In this document: positions 11,176 through 22,737 of the stretch, in pieces
Layout: each line of letters begins with the position of its first letter
How positions within the stretch are numbered: the stretch's first letter is position 1
Origin: Opitutales bacterium
GTDB taxonomy: Bacteria > Verrucomicrobiota > Verrucomicrobiia > Opitutales > PNEW01
Reading direction: 5' to 3'
Length of the DNA: 64,000 nt
Assembly: GCA_965197745.1 (NCBI GenBank)
Contig: CBDANS010000005.1
Coordinates: 1 to 64,000, forward strand
The notes under the pieces: model-generated
Databases searched by the model: none
Seen by the model: only the letters and a program-made list of their open reading frames with translations
Told to the model about the DNA's origin: nothing
Translations under genes and position numbers: made by a program

Positions 11176-12288
11176 GTGATGCAGAATGATATGACCACAT
11201 TGATAGTCGCCATAGCCTTTACTCTCGGAGTTTCCGCGTTTTGTTCTTTATTGGAAGCCTTTATCCTCAGTACTACTACTGCAGAAGTCGAAAACCTCAA
11301 GGTAAGTTATCCTAAACGAGGCCAACTCCTCGAAAAATTCAAGAATGATATCGAGGAGACAACATCGGCTCTTCTTACCCTCAATACCTTAGCCCATACC
11401 CTGGGTGCGGCGCTTGTTGGTATCTACGCAGCTAAATTATTTGATAAGTTCTGGGTAGGCGTTATCTCGGGTGGACTGGTCTTTGCGATTCTTATTTTTT
11501 CTGAAGTTATACCAAAGAATATGGGTATAATTTACCGTAAGCACCTGTCAAATCTTGTTTACCCCTTGCATTTTGTGCGCATTGTCATGATTCCATTATC
11601 CTTCTTATGTAAACTTTCAGTGCGCCTGATCGTTCGCAAAAAGCCGTCCATGAGCACCGCTGAACAGGAGCGGGAGATTATCCTCCTTGCTGAAAAAAGC
11701 GCGAAGGAAGGTTCCCTCTCTCGCAATGAGCGCGATATGATCCATAATGCTCTCAGCCTCGACGATATCCTGATTAGCGACATTATGACTCCGCGTACCG
11801 TGGTCACGGCCATGGATCAGAATCTTACCATCGAGGACGTCTTTAGTGACTATAGAAATATACCCTTTGCGCGTATCCCTGTTTACGATGAGACGATCGA
11901 TAATATCGTTGGTGTTGTTCGCAGGCGCGATCTTCTTCAGGCCCGTGCCGATGATCGTGATAGTGTGACCGTAGCCGAACTGAAAGGGGAAATCATCTTT
12001 GTCGCTGACACCGCAAACGCGGCAGATGCCCTGCAGCTGTTTCTAAAAAATCACCAACAGCTGGGAGTGGTTGTCGACGAGTTTGGATCTACTGCGGGTG
12101 TTGTTGCGATGGAAGATATCGTAGAGCATATTCTTGGTCGTGAAATATATGAAGAAACCGATATTGCTGTCGATATGCGGGCACTGGCGCGAAGCAAAGC
12201 GCAGAGTAATGAGCATAATACATCCGAAGAAAAAACACGTCTCTCCCGCAGTCCTAACCCCGCTACCGTGCGCCGCCCGGCATCTTAA
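11176..12288 (+). CDS. CNNM/DUF21-CBS domain membrane protein (hemolysin/CorB-like)
   Basis: SAFCSLLEA, FSEVIPK, DIMTPRT, VVDEFG. Confidence 0.9.
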   Translation: MMQNDMTTLIVAIAFTLGVSAFCSLLEAFILSTTTAEVENLKVSYPKRGQLLEKFKNDIEETTSALLTLNTLAHTLGAALVGIYAAKLFDKFWVGVISGGLVFAILIFSEVIPKNMGIIYRKHLSNLVYPLHFVRIVMIPLSFLCKLSVRLIVRKKPSMSTAEQEREIILLAEKSAKEGSLSRNERDMIHNALSLDDILISDIMTPRTVVTAMDQNLTIEDVFSDYRNIPFARIPVYDETIDNIVGVVRRRDLLQARADDRDSVTVAELKGEIIFVADTANAADALQLFLKNHQQLGVVVDEFGSTAGVVAMEDIVEHILGREIYEETDIAVDMRALARSKAQSNEHNTSEEKTRLSRSPNPATVRRPAS

Positions 12289-12312
12289 AAATCATTTTAA
12301 TTAAAGCATAGG

Positions 12313-12483
12313 GTGCCAGCGACAAGTCCAGAGGGAGCGCCGGATTACTGGGTGCATGATTTAGACCCTTTTATATTGCGTTTCAGCGAAAACTTTGGAC
12401 TTCGCTGGTATGGATTTTCCTATATCCTGGGTTTTATCGCGGCTTATTTTCTTTTGCGGCTATACTATCGTTACAACCGCTCG
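12313..12483 (+). pseudogene. lgt: Prolipoprotein diacylglyceryl transferase, N-terminal fragment
   Basis: HDLDPFILRFSENFGLRWYGFSYILGF typical Lgt start; sequence switches abruptly to hsdR at about 12480. Confidence 0.8.
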
Positions 12484-14798
12484 TCCTGGAAGCCAAGTCA
12501 GAGGACAAGAACCCGCTCGTTGGCAAGGAGCAAGCCCGCAAATACGCCAACGCGCAGAATTGCCGCTTTATCATCCTCTCAAACGGCAACCTGCATTACA
12601 TTTGGGATCTGAAGCGCGGCAACCCTTACATCATCACAGCATTCCCATCGCCGGGCTCGGTATCCGAGTACCGGAATGTTTCGCCCGATCCGCAACGGCT
12701 AATCAATGAGCGAGTCGGCGACGACTACATCGTCCTGACCCAGCGTCCAAACTATGCCTCTGAAGCTGCCTGGAAGAATGAGGTTGAACGACCCGGCTAT
12801 ATCCAAGCCAACAAATTACGCTTCCTGCGGGTCTATCAGCTTAAAGCAATCCACGCGTTGCAGCGGGCGGTGCAGGATGGCCACGACCGCTTCTTGTTCG
12901 AGATGGCGACAGGCACTGGCAAGACGCTTACCGCCGCTGCTGTGATCAAGTTGTTCTTGCGCTCGGCAAATGTCCGTCGTGTGCTCTTCTTAGTCGATCG
13001 ACTGGAACTGGAAGAACAGGCGCATAAAGTCTTAACCGATCTGCTTAGGGCAGACTTCAAGACGGTTATTTACAAGGAGAACCGTGACAATTGGAAGCAT
13101 GGCGTGATCGTCGTCACCACGGTTCAATCGCTTTTGTTCAACAACAAGTATCAGCAGCTGTTCTCGCCGACCGATTTCGACTTGGTGATTTCAGACGAAG
13201 CGCACCGCTCGATCGCCGGTAACGCCCGCGCGGTTTTCGACTTCTTTGTGGGCTACAAGCTTGGCCTGACCGCTACACCCCGCGATTATCTGAAAAATAC
13301 CAGCAATGATGTTCGCCCCGCGAGGCGTGACCCGCGTGAGGCCGAACGACGCCTTTTGCTCGACACCTATCGCACCTTTGGTTGTGAGAGCGGGCAGCCC
13401 ACGTTTCGCTATTCACTGCTAGACGGCGTAAAAGACGGTTTCTTGATCAATCCGACCGTCGTCGATGCTCGTACCGAGGTGACTACCCAACTCTTATCTG
13501 AAGAGGGATTCGTCGCTTCGTTCACCGACGATACAGGTGAGGATCAGGAGGAAACCTACAAGCAGCGTGAGTTTGAGAAGCGCTTCTTCTCTGAAGCCAC
13601 TAACCAGCTATTCTGTAGGAGCTTTCTTGAGAACGCGCTTCGTGACCCGATCAGCGGTGAGATCGGAAAGTCCCTTGTTTTCGCCGTCAGTCAGAACCAT
13701 GCCGCTAAGCTCGCGCAAATCTTCAACCAGATTGCAGATCGGATGTTTCCGGGCAAGTACCAGTCCGACTTTGCTGTGCAGGTGACCTCTCAAATCCAGG
13801 ATGCGCAGAAGTTCACAGTTAACTTCGCCAATAACAATCTTCTGGGCTCGGCCAACTTCCTGTCCGACTACCGGACTAGTAAAGCCCGGGTCTGCGTCAC
13901 GGTCGGCATGATGACCACCGGTTACGACTGTACTGATATTCTGAATCTCGGTCTGTTCCGTCCCATCTTCTCACCCACCGATTTTGTCCAGATCAAAGGA
14001 CGCGGGACCCGCAAGCACGACTTCCTGGACAACCTTCTTGATAATAGCCGCAAAGACAGTGTCCCCGAGCCGCAGAAGACCGCATTCAAGCTCTTCGACT
14101 TTTTTGGCAACTACGAGTATTTCGAGATCGATTACAACTATGACGAGCGTCTGAAGCTGCCCCGGTCTAAAACGACTGATAGGGACAACGGTAACGGACC
14201 AGTTGAATCTACAGGCGTTTACGAAAACCTCGGTGCTGACATCATCGCCTCAGTGCGCGTAGAGACTATCGGTTACGAAGGGATGAAAATCGACCGGATG
14301 TTTTTTGAGAAGTTCGAGGACACCGTGCGCAAGAACGAAACTATCGCGGATGCTGTGAAGGCCGGCCAGTGGGATCGTGTTATCGATTATGTCAACCGCG
14401 AGGTATTCGATAAACCCGAGGAGTACTACACGCTTAAAAAGTTGCGCCAAGCCGCTGCTGTGGACCGCCGTCTCACCTTGCGCGAGATTCTGGAGAAGGT
14501 CTTCGGTCTCATTCCCCATTTCAAATCCAAGGATGAGCTATTGGAAGAGGAATTCGCAAAGTTCGTAAACGATTACAAACCTGGCGAGGCCGATGCCATC
14601 CCGGCCATCAAGAGCTATTTCAAAGCCTATGCGACGAACAATCAGGTACGCGATATCATCGATGGCAAGCGACTCTCGGATCTGGCTACCAACCCGTCCT
14701 TTTCCTCAGGCGACTACCGCGCCGTGCCGGAGAAGTATCGCAACCTCATCCCGGAATACGTCAAAGATTACGTGTCCCTAAATCAATTCGCTGCGTAG
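12480..14798 (+). pseudogene. hsdR: Type I restriction subunit R (EcoEI-like), 5'-truncated
   Basis: Frame of ORF 12858 is open upstream (LVLEAKSEDKNPLVGKEQARKYA) with no start codon; MATGTGKT, DEAH, QIKGRGTR. Confidence 0.85.
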
Positions 14799-14808
14799 GG
14801 CCCTCTCC

Positions 14809-17328
14809 ATGCTGGATACCGAAACCAAGCGCCGCATCGATACCGCCCGCGATATTCTGGTCGGCAAGGTGCCGGATCCCAAGAGCCAAGTCGAGCAGAT
14901 CACCATCGCACTGATCTACAAGTTCATGTGTGACATAGATGCCGAAAGCGAGGAGTTGGGCGGAAAACGCAGCTTCTTCGCCGGTGACTTCGCCCGCTAC
15001 GGATGGCCCAAACTAATGCGTACCGGCCTCGGCGGCCACGAGACCTTGAACCTCTATGCGGAGGCTATCACCAGGATGCCGGAGAACCCCGGGATTCCAT
15101 CGCTGTTTCGAGACATCTTCAACAACGCTTACCTACCTTATCGCGACCCGGAGACTCTACGCTCCTTTCTCAAGATCATCGACGAGTTCACCTATGATCA
15201 CTCCGAGCGTCTAGGTGACGCCTTCGAGTATCTGCTATCCGTCCTCGGCTCACAGGGCGACGCCGGGCAGTTCCGTACCCCACGTCATATCATCGCCTTT
15301 ATCGTTTCGATTGTCGACCCGAAGAAGGAAGAGACGGTGCTGGATCCCGCGTGTGGCACGGCAGGATTCCTGATTTCATCCTATAAGCACATTCTCGCGG
15401 CCAACACCGATCCTCAAGGCGTTAGCACGCTAACACCGGACGACAAGGGCCAGCTAGCGGTAAACTTCAAGGGCTACGATATTTCGCCCGACATGGTGCG
15501 TTTATCGCTGGTGAACATGTACTTGCACGGATTTACTGCCCCGCATATCTTCGAATATGACACTCTGAACAGCGAGGATCGCTGGAACGAATACGCCGAC
15601 GTGATTCTCGCCAACCCCCCGTTCATGTCGCCGAAGGGTGGCATCCGTCCTCACAATCGGTTCACGGTGAAGTCCAAACGGAGCGAGGCGCTTTTTGTCG
15701 ACTACATCGCCGAGCACCTGATGCCCTCTTCTGGCCGCTCCGGCATCATCGTTCCCGAGGGAATCATCTTCAATAGCGAAAACGCTTACAAAAATTTACG
15801 CAAAAAACTCGTCGATGATTACCTGGTCGCCATCATTTCCCTTCCAGCAGGAGTGTTCAACCCTTATTCGGGTGTTAAAACCTCCATTCTCATCCTCGAC
15901 AAGTCGCTGGCGAAGAAGACTACCCGTATTGCCTTCTTTAAGGTAGAGAGCGACGGTTTCGATCTAGGAGCCCAGCGGCGGCCGGTTGAACAGAACGACC
16001 TACCAAAGGTCGTAGCTGAGATTGGTGAATATCTGTATAGATTACGGGCTCGCGAATCCGTGGACGATTTCCATCCGATAAATGGGCTCATCGTCGAAAA
16101 AGAAAAGATCGCGGCGAATGGGGAGTATAACCTGAGTGGGGAAAAATATCGGGAAAATGGCGTGCGCTCGTCACTCTTTCCAATTGTACCTTTAGGTGAA
16201 GTAGCAGACGTCATCGCTGGACAATCACCGCCTGGAAAGTCTTATAACAATGTCGGCATTGGAACGCCGTTCTATCAGGGCAAGGTTAAATTTGGTCGAA
16301 TGTTCATCGGCGAACCTATAAAGTGGACCAACGATGCACGGAGATTTGCCGAGAGAGACGACGTTCTTATGTCCGTACGTGCTCCTGTTGGTCCTGTCAA
16401 CCTTGCTACCCAGCGGATTTGTATAGGCAGAGGTCTCGCCGCAATCAGACCTACAAAGAACCGATTGCTTACCAGTTATGCCTTTTACATTTTGCGGGGC
16501 TTAGAAGCGGAGATAATTGGCAACACAGGAGCAGCGTTTACCTCAATCAACAAGGGTGACATTAATAAACTCCAAATCCCTCTCCCGCCGCTGGAGGTAC
16601 AGAAGGAGATAGTCGCCGAGATCGAGGGTTACCAGAAGGTCATCAACGGCGCTCGCGCCGTTATCGAAAACTATAGGCCGCATGTTGTTGTCAACCCCGA
16701 GTGGCCAATGGTGAAGATCGCAGAGTTTGTCCAAGAGATAAAGGCTGGTTTTGCAAGCGGCAAATCTAGACTTGACAATGAAGGCGTGCCCCACATTCGC
16801 CCTATGAATGTGACTGATAGAGGTTATTTCACTTGGGATGGTTTGAAACGTATTAGCGAGGATGAATTTCGAGGAAGAGAGAACTATGCACTCGTCCCCG
16901 GCGATGTACTATTCAACAACACTAACAGCAAGGAGCTTGTGGGGAAGACTTGTCTCATCACCGAGAAAATAGGGGGAGGCTTTTCCAACCACATGACTCG
17001 CATTCGTGTTCAAAGCGATAAGTGCGATCCACGTTTCCTTGCTCTGAGTCTTTATACCGCTTGGCGAGGTGGAAAATTTCTTGAACGAGCAAACAAGTGG
17101 ATTGGACAAGCTGGAATTAATAACAAGTCCCTTGGGGAGTTACAAATCCCCATCCCCCCCCTTGCTACGCAGCAAGACATCATGTCTGTGCTCGAAGCCG
17201 AGCATGCCCTAGTCACAGCCAACAGCGAATTAATCGAACGTTTTGAGGAAAAGATAAAGGGCACCATCGCTCGTGTGTGGGGCGAAAATAAAGCTGCCCC
17301 GTCGGAGTCGGAGAGGAGTGAAGCATGA
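14809..17328 (+). CDS. hsdM: Type I RM methyltransferase-specificity (HsdM-HsdS) fusion
   Basis: GQFRTP, DPACGTAG, NPPF; two TRD/conserved-helix repeats (IPLPPLEVQ, IPIPPLATQ). Confidence 0.9.
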   Translation: MLDTETKRRIDTARDILVGKVPDPKSQVEQITIALIYKFMCDIDAESEELGGKRSFFAGDFARYGWPKLMRTGLGGHETLNLYAEAITRMPENPGIPSLFRDIFNNAYLPYRDPETLRSFLKIIDEFTYDHSERLGDAFEYLLSVLGSQGDAGQFRTPRHIIAFIVSIVDPKKEETVLDPACGTAGFLISSYKHILAANTDPQGVSTLTPDDKGQLAVNFKGYDISPDMVRLSLVNMYLHGFTAPHIFEYDTLNSEDRWNEYADVILANPPFMSPKGGIRPHNRFTVKSKRSEALFVDYIAEHLMPSSGRSGIIVPEGIIFNSENAYKNLRKKLVDDYLVAIISLPAGVFNPYSGVKTSILILDKSLAKKTTRIAFFKVESDGFDLGAQRRPVEQNDLPKVVAEIGEYLYRLRARESVDDFHPINGLIVEKEKIAANGEYNLSGEKYRENGVRSSLFPIVPLGEVADVIAGQSPPGKSYNNVGIGTPFYQGKVKFGRMFIGEPIKWTNDARRFAERDDVLMSVRAPVGPVNLATQRICIGRGLAAIRPTKNRLLTSYAFYILRGLEAEIIGNTGAAFTSINKGDINKLQIPLPPLEVQKEIVAEIEGYQKVINGARAVIENYRPHVVVNPEWPMVKIAEFVQEIKAGFASGKSRLDNEGVPHIRPMNVTDRGYFTWDGLKRISEDEFRGRENYALVPGDVLFNNTNSKELVGKTCLITEKIGGGFSNHMTRIRVQSDKCDPRFLALSLYTAWRGGKFLERANKWIGQAGINNKSLGELQIPIPPLATQQDIMSVLEAEHALVTANSELIERFEEKIKGTIARVWGENKAAPSESERSEA

Positions 17329-17485
17329 AAAAAGACGTGCCTTGGGTCAACCTTGCGTGCCTGGAGCATGCAAATAGGCATGAGGAACAGACAGGAATGG
17401 TCCGAAGTGTTGCCCTTACTTATGGGATCAATAACAATTGCGTGGGCCGGAGAGCGTTTTCAAGTCGTTGCAAGCAGCTTTTGTT

Positions 17486-18647
17486 GTGTCTTTAGATTTC
17501 AATCTCCTAGAACAGTTACTCCACGGAGAGGAGGGGCCTACACTCGATTTTAAGCGAGATCAGTACGCGTTTGAAGGAGCAAGCGACGACGACAAGGGTG
17601 AATTACTCAAGGACGTCCTCGCTTTTGCTAATACCGGACGTCAGACAACTGCGTACATACTGATCGGAGTGGACGAGGTCAAGGGGAGACGCAGTAAGGT
17701 CATTGGAGTAAATGCACACCTGGACGACGCCCAATTACATCAATTTGTAAACTCGAAGACCCAGCGGCCAGTCGAATTTTCATACTCACCGTTCCCCACC
17801 AATGACGGTGAAATTGGCGTCATTGAAATACCAGTTCAAGCATGCCCAATCTACCTAAAGAAAGGGTTTGGCAATCTTTACGCCAATGCCGTCTACAAGA
17901 GAGACAGTAGCAGCACGGCGGTCGCCACTCCCGATGAGATCGCGCGAATGGGTGAAATGCGAGTCTCGAGCGGCACACCCCAACTTGTTCTTGAGTGGGC
18001 GGACTTAGATAGGCGTACGGTACTTCCTTCGCCTCACTCTGTACACACATTAATTCTTAATCCACCACTCCCTGATAGCACATTTGAAGAACCTCGACCC
18101 ACCGTTAGAATGGGCCTGGCTGACTACCGGGACTACTACAGGAATGATAACTACTCTAAGGATGCTATTAACTACATTTTTGAGAGGGCTTTTTTAAAGC
18201 CTCTGGGCCTCCGGTTACGCAACTGCAGTGGGACGGTTGGGAAACGGATCCTTTTCGTCGGTTCAGTGACTAAAGCCAACGCCGATTGCGTCTGGGATTG
18301 TACCCATCAACCGAAGCGCCCATATCGTGACCGTATGGCTAAAATCTCTGCATCAATCGTCCCGCTTTGCATCACAGCTTCAAATAAGCTCAGAACCTCG
18401 CGTAAAAGAGCTCGACGACCGGTGGGAGATCACCATTGATTTCGGAGATGTGCGTCCTTGTGACGAAGTCTGGACGACCAGTGAGCTATTCATTGGATCA
18501 ATGAGCGACAGGATCACAAGACTGGAAGGCGAGCTACGGGGCGATAATATACAGCAGCCTTCCCTGTCCGCCCTAGAGATCCGTTTTGAGGTCGAGCAAA
18601 GACCAATGGAGCGAGCGGATGTCAAAAAATACTTGGATGACTGTTGA
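17486..18647 (+). pseudogene. AlbA_2/Schlafen-domain protein, frameshifted near 18360
   Basis: EGPTLDFKR, LLKDVLAFAN, ILIGVDE; C-terminus continues in ORF 18327-18647. Confidence 0.75.
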
Positions 18648-19014
18648 AACCGATATTCGCATCCCAGTCGATAGGAATGTCCCTGGCCATTGGCCGAACA
18701 GCATACTACCTCCGATCTCTCGACTAGGAGACGAGGAAGATCGATGCTCTCATCACCAAGAGCTGCGAGGCCATCCATCGATCGATAAGTCGCAATGGCA
18801 ACAGGTGAGACACCGCCCCAATAGATAGCTTGATGGTCACGCTTAAAAATGGACTGATCCATAGCAGAAGGCAGAGCGTAACTAGGCAACTGCTCTACGC
18901 ACGTCCAATCCCTTCGTCATATTACTTATCATCATTACGGTATATGAACCCAAACCACCGCAATGGATAACACCGATTTAAAGGAGACAATCGACATGAA
19001 ATGCAGTATTGAAG

Positions 19015-20241
19015 TGTATTAGTAACGATAAGATCTGACAGAAGCAAGAGAAGGGTTACTCTGTGTGGGAAGTTAAACAACAACAACAGCCCCCTAGGGG
19101 GCTGCCCCAAACAGGAGTAACCCCAATGAGAATAAACGAAAAAATGATCAGAAATAAAGTAGGATTATTAAATTTAGCTGAAGAGCCAGGCAACGTTTCA
19201 AAGGCCTGTCAGGTGATGGGCTTCAGTGGCGATACCTTTTAGCGGTATAAAGCGGCGGTCGAGGAAGGGGGAATCGAGAATCTGCTGGATAAAAGTCGCA
19301 GCCAGTCGAACCTCAAAAACCGCGTTGACGAGAGCATTGAAAAGCGGGTGGTCACGCTCGCGAAGGAAACCCGGCGCTGGGACAACAGCGGGTGGCCAAC
19401 GAACTGAGGAAAGAGGGGTTGGTGATCTCACCGGCCGGAGTGCGTTATGTGTGGATCAGCCATCAATTGCAAACCTTCCCGTTGCGGTTGAAGGCCTTGG
19501 AAAAGAAAATGGCCGAAGAAGGGTTGGTCTTAACCGAGAGACAGTTGGCGGCCCTGGAGAAGAAGAAAGAGCGTGATCAGTTGCACGGGGAGATTGAGAC
19601 CGCCCATCCCGGCTATCTGGGTGCCCAGGATACCTTCTATGTTGGCACGCTTAAAGGGGTCGACGCATCTATCAGCAAACCTTCCTCGACACTTATGCGA
19701 AAGTGGCTTACGCGAAGTTGTATACGATGAAAACCCCGCTCACCGCCGCAGAGTTGCTTAACGATCAGGTCTTGCCCTTTTTCGAGCAACACGCGATGGG
19801 ACTGTTGCGGGTGCTTACCGATCGTGGAACCGAGTATTGCCGACGACATGACAGTCACCCTTACGAGCTGTATCTGGCGATCAATAATATTGATCACACC
19901 AAAACCAAAGCGAAGCATCCCCAGACCAATGGCATCTGTGAGCGCTTCCATAAAACGGTTCTCCAGGAGTTTTATCAGGTAACCTTCCGTAAGAAGATCT
20001 ACCGTACTTTAGGGCAGTTACAAAAAGATCTCGACGAGTGGCTGTATCACTATAACCATGAACGCACTCAACAGGGTAAAATGTGCTGTGGGCCTACCCC
20101 CATGCAGACCATCCTTGAGGACAAGGTGCTTTGGACGCAAAAAGTTGATCACCTTAACCAGGACAATGAAGAACCAATAGCTAGCTGACATTTTATACTT
20201 CCTCACAGGGTAACCTGTAAAATCAAGTCGTTGCTAGTACA
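19015..20241 (+). mobile_element. IS481-family element with degraded transposase (19126-20188)
   Basis: TGT...ACA ends, imperfect 27-bp TIR, ATTGAAG duplicated on both flanks; GAQDTFYVG, LTDRGTEY, NGICERF; internal stop and frameshifts. Confidence 0.9.
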
Positions 20242-20303
20242 ATTGAAGGAGACCCTCGAGATCACGGAGATAGGTTTCGGTGCCCTGCACGCAATGCTTC
20301 GAT

Positions 20304-21620
20304 CTATGGCTCTAGACCCTTGAAACGGCCTATCAACTCTTTGAATAATGCCTCCGCCTTATTCAGAATCTCTTCCGGCACCTCCTGCGGCTCAGTTGTT
20401 GACCATGTCACCACGATCCAGCGAGCGACCTCCGGCTTCCAGCCATCTGTCAACTTGACGCTATGCCGTCCCGCGGCGCTCTCGATTTTATCCACCAGAC
20501 CGCCTTTGCTGCGATCATCCTGATTAAGACTGATTTTATTGCTAACGACATTCTTCAGCAAGGGTAGAATTGTCGCTTCACCAATGAGATCCTCAATTGT
20601 GAATTCCTCCTGCCCAAGCACCTCGTTCAACATTAACATGGCATTTTCATGGCCTGCATATAATTCCTTCATCAGTGCATCCTGCCGTGCTCTACCTGCA
20701 TCGTCACCGTATAGCAAGACAACCGGCTGCACTTCCTGCCCGAGAAACAATGACGCGATGTGTCCAACGAGCTTCGTTCCCCTGCAAGCCGTTATGTAGA
20801 TATCTTTAGCTAAATCTTGTCGCCTTAGCGCGTGACAGTGGAGATTCAGGCTGTGCAGATACAGGTAATCTGATATCCCCTTCACCAGCACATTTTTTGT
20901 GTTGGAATAGCCCGTGTACCATCGCGTAACCCGCTGCTGCTTGCAAAGGGAAGATTGTCTCCCAGTCTTTAGGCCAGCTATCGACGCTGATCATCGAATG
21001 CCCGGTGTTATCTTCCGTAACTGGACGAACACGGTGGATGTGCTTACCATCAATCAAAAACGGCGAGTGCGTGGTGTAAATCATCGGATTGTTCTCAGCC
21101 AGATTCTCGAAGAACGATATAAGCTCCTGCTGCGTCGTTGGGTGCAAGTGCAAACCCGACTCGTCGAGTAGCAGGATCGCATCCTTGTGTCCCTCATCCG
21201 ACTCCACCAGAAAGACCATTGGAATCCCTTACTGAGGCTATCCAACTCGATATCAACATCGGGCCTACGATCATCCGACACCCATATGCGGAAATATTGG
21301 GCATCCACCTGGTACCTGATCTTGTGCTGTCTTTGTCCGATCCAATGACTGAACTTCATTGAGATGTCGATCGACGCCGAATTCAGCTTCACACTCCGCA
21401 ATTCCTTGTTTTGCTGGTAGCGCTGTATCATGTCCTCTGTAACTTGCTGACCCTTTGCTCTCGCCTACGTCGCTTCCTCTTACCCTAAATTCGCGATCTC
21501 ATCAGCGGTCAACTGCACATGTTTGAACATGGCATAGATCATATGAATACGCGGGCCCTACGGATCTGCTTCAAGGGCTTCCAAAAAGCGCTGGCACTTA
21601 CGAGGGTGACGATGGCACTT
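20304..21620 (-). pseudogene. OLD-like ABC ATPase-TOPRIM nuclease remnant
   Basis: LSKGFQW, LLLDESGLHLHP, YTTHSPF, (E)GISDYLYL, GDDAG; several frameshifts and stops; no Walker A seen. Confidence 0.75.
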
Positions 21621-21639
21621 TCTCATCGGCGACGATCCG

Positions 21640-21955
21640 CGACCTGGGAACAGGGGATAAAACGGGTAATACAGGGACTTTTCCCAGTATCGGGACGGCT
21701 GCAAAAAGTATTATGGAGGGATCGGATTCGATCACACGTGATATTCTAATTCCTTTGGATACAGCACTTGGTGCCTACACCTTCAGGACCGATGTCGTCG
21801 ATTCCGCTTCAATCGCTGTCCCCAATAACAATCCCATGGTGAGTTTAACCGTTTCACCTACAGAGATCACCGACGGGGTATCGGTGAGGTTGGACGCCAT
21901 CACATCCGATAACGACAGAATGGGTGAGCGGGGCTCGTTTATACATAGTAAGTAA
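21640..21955 (+). pseudogene. Fragment of a secreted Ig/PKD-like protein
   Basis: NNNPMVSLTVSPTEITDGVSVRLDAITSDND beta-rich pattern. Confidence 0.35.
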
Positions 21956-22064
21956 GGTCTTAGCGATCGACAACAATCATCCCTATACTTACACTTACAC
22001 TTCCGTGAGAACAGGACAACACGACTTTCGAGCCTATGCCGTTGACAATGACTGGTGAACGACC

Positions 22065-22583
22065 ACTTTGGACCCCCTACTACTTTCACGGTCATTGCTG
22101 CGACTCCTGTCGTCGCGGTAGTCTCTCCAGTTCGGCGTCCGTCATTTCGCTTCGCAGTTCAGTGACCCTAGACACCGAAGTCAATCAAGAGGGTACACCC
22201 TATACGCATAGGGGGCAACGGTGCAGCCGAAATTACCGGCACCCCGCTCGCATCGAACACCAGCCCCGAGCCACAAGTTTCTCTGCCGCTTGCCGGCTGG
22301 TAACCGATGCTTACTACCGAGCGTAAGCGGCGACATCTGCCATTTTTATCGGGTGTCTCCTGCCAGGATCTCTATTCCCAGCATCTTCTCCGTCAGCATC
22401 CGGTTTAAACGTACGTTCTCTTTCATAGAGCTCCTTCAACCCCTTGGCTTGGTTGACATCAATCATCCCAATCTCTCGCTACCAGCAGTGGAAGGTCTGT
22501 TCGCTTAGGTTGTTCTCGCAGCATGCTTCCAAGATCGTTTTCCCTTTGTCCGTCCGTCCTTTTAACTCTATTAGGGGCAGGTG
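22065..22583 (-). mobile_element. Internally deleted IS3-family remnant
   Basis: Degraded orfA (EQTFHCW...AKGLKEL), interrupted AAAAATG..GTAAGC orfA/B junction, GGGGGTCCA end resembling the other IS3 copies; ends approximate. Confidence 0.6.
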
Positions 22584-22737
22584 GACGCACGGACGAATCT
22601 AAAATAAAGAGAGAAAGCGTTCGTCCGGGAAAAACCTCCTTTGAAAAAGAAACAAAAATAATAAAAGACCATAAGAATAGAGAGAGTATATTCTCTTCTT
22701 CTTATAACTGTTCATCTGCCCCACTAGCTATTCAAGC

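Noticed and set aside
18647..19010. Gene between the AlbA gene and IS481
   Set aside because: No frame with a recognisable motif; likely decayed DNA
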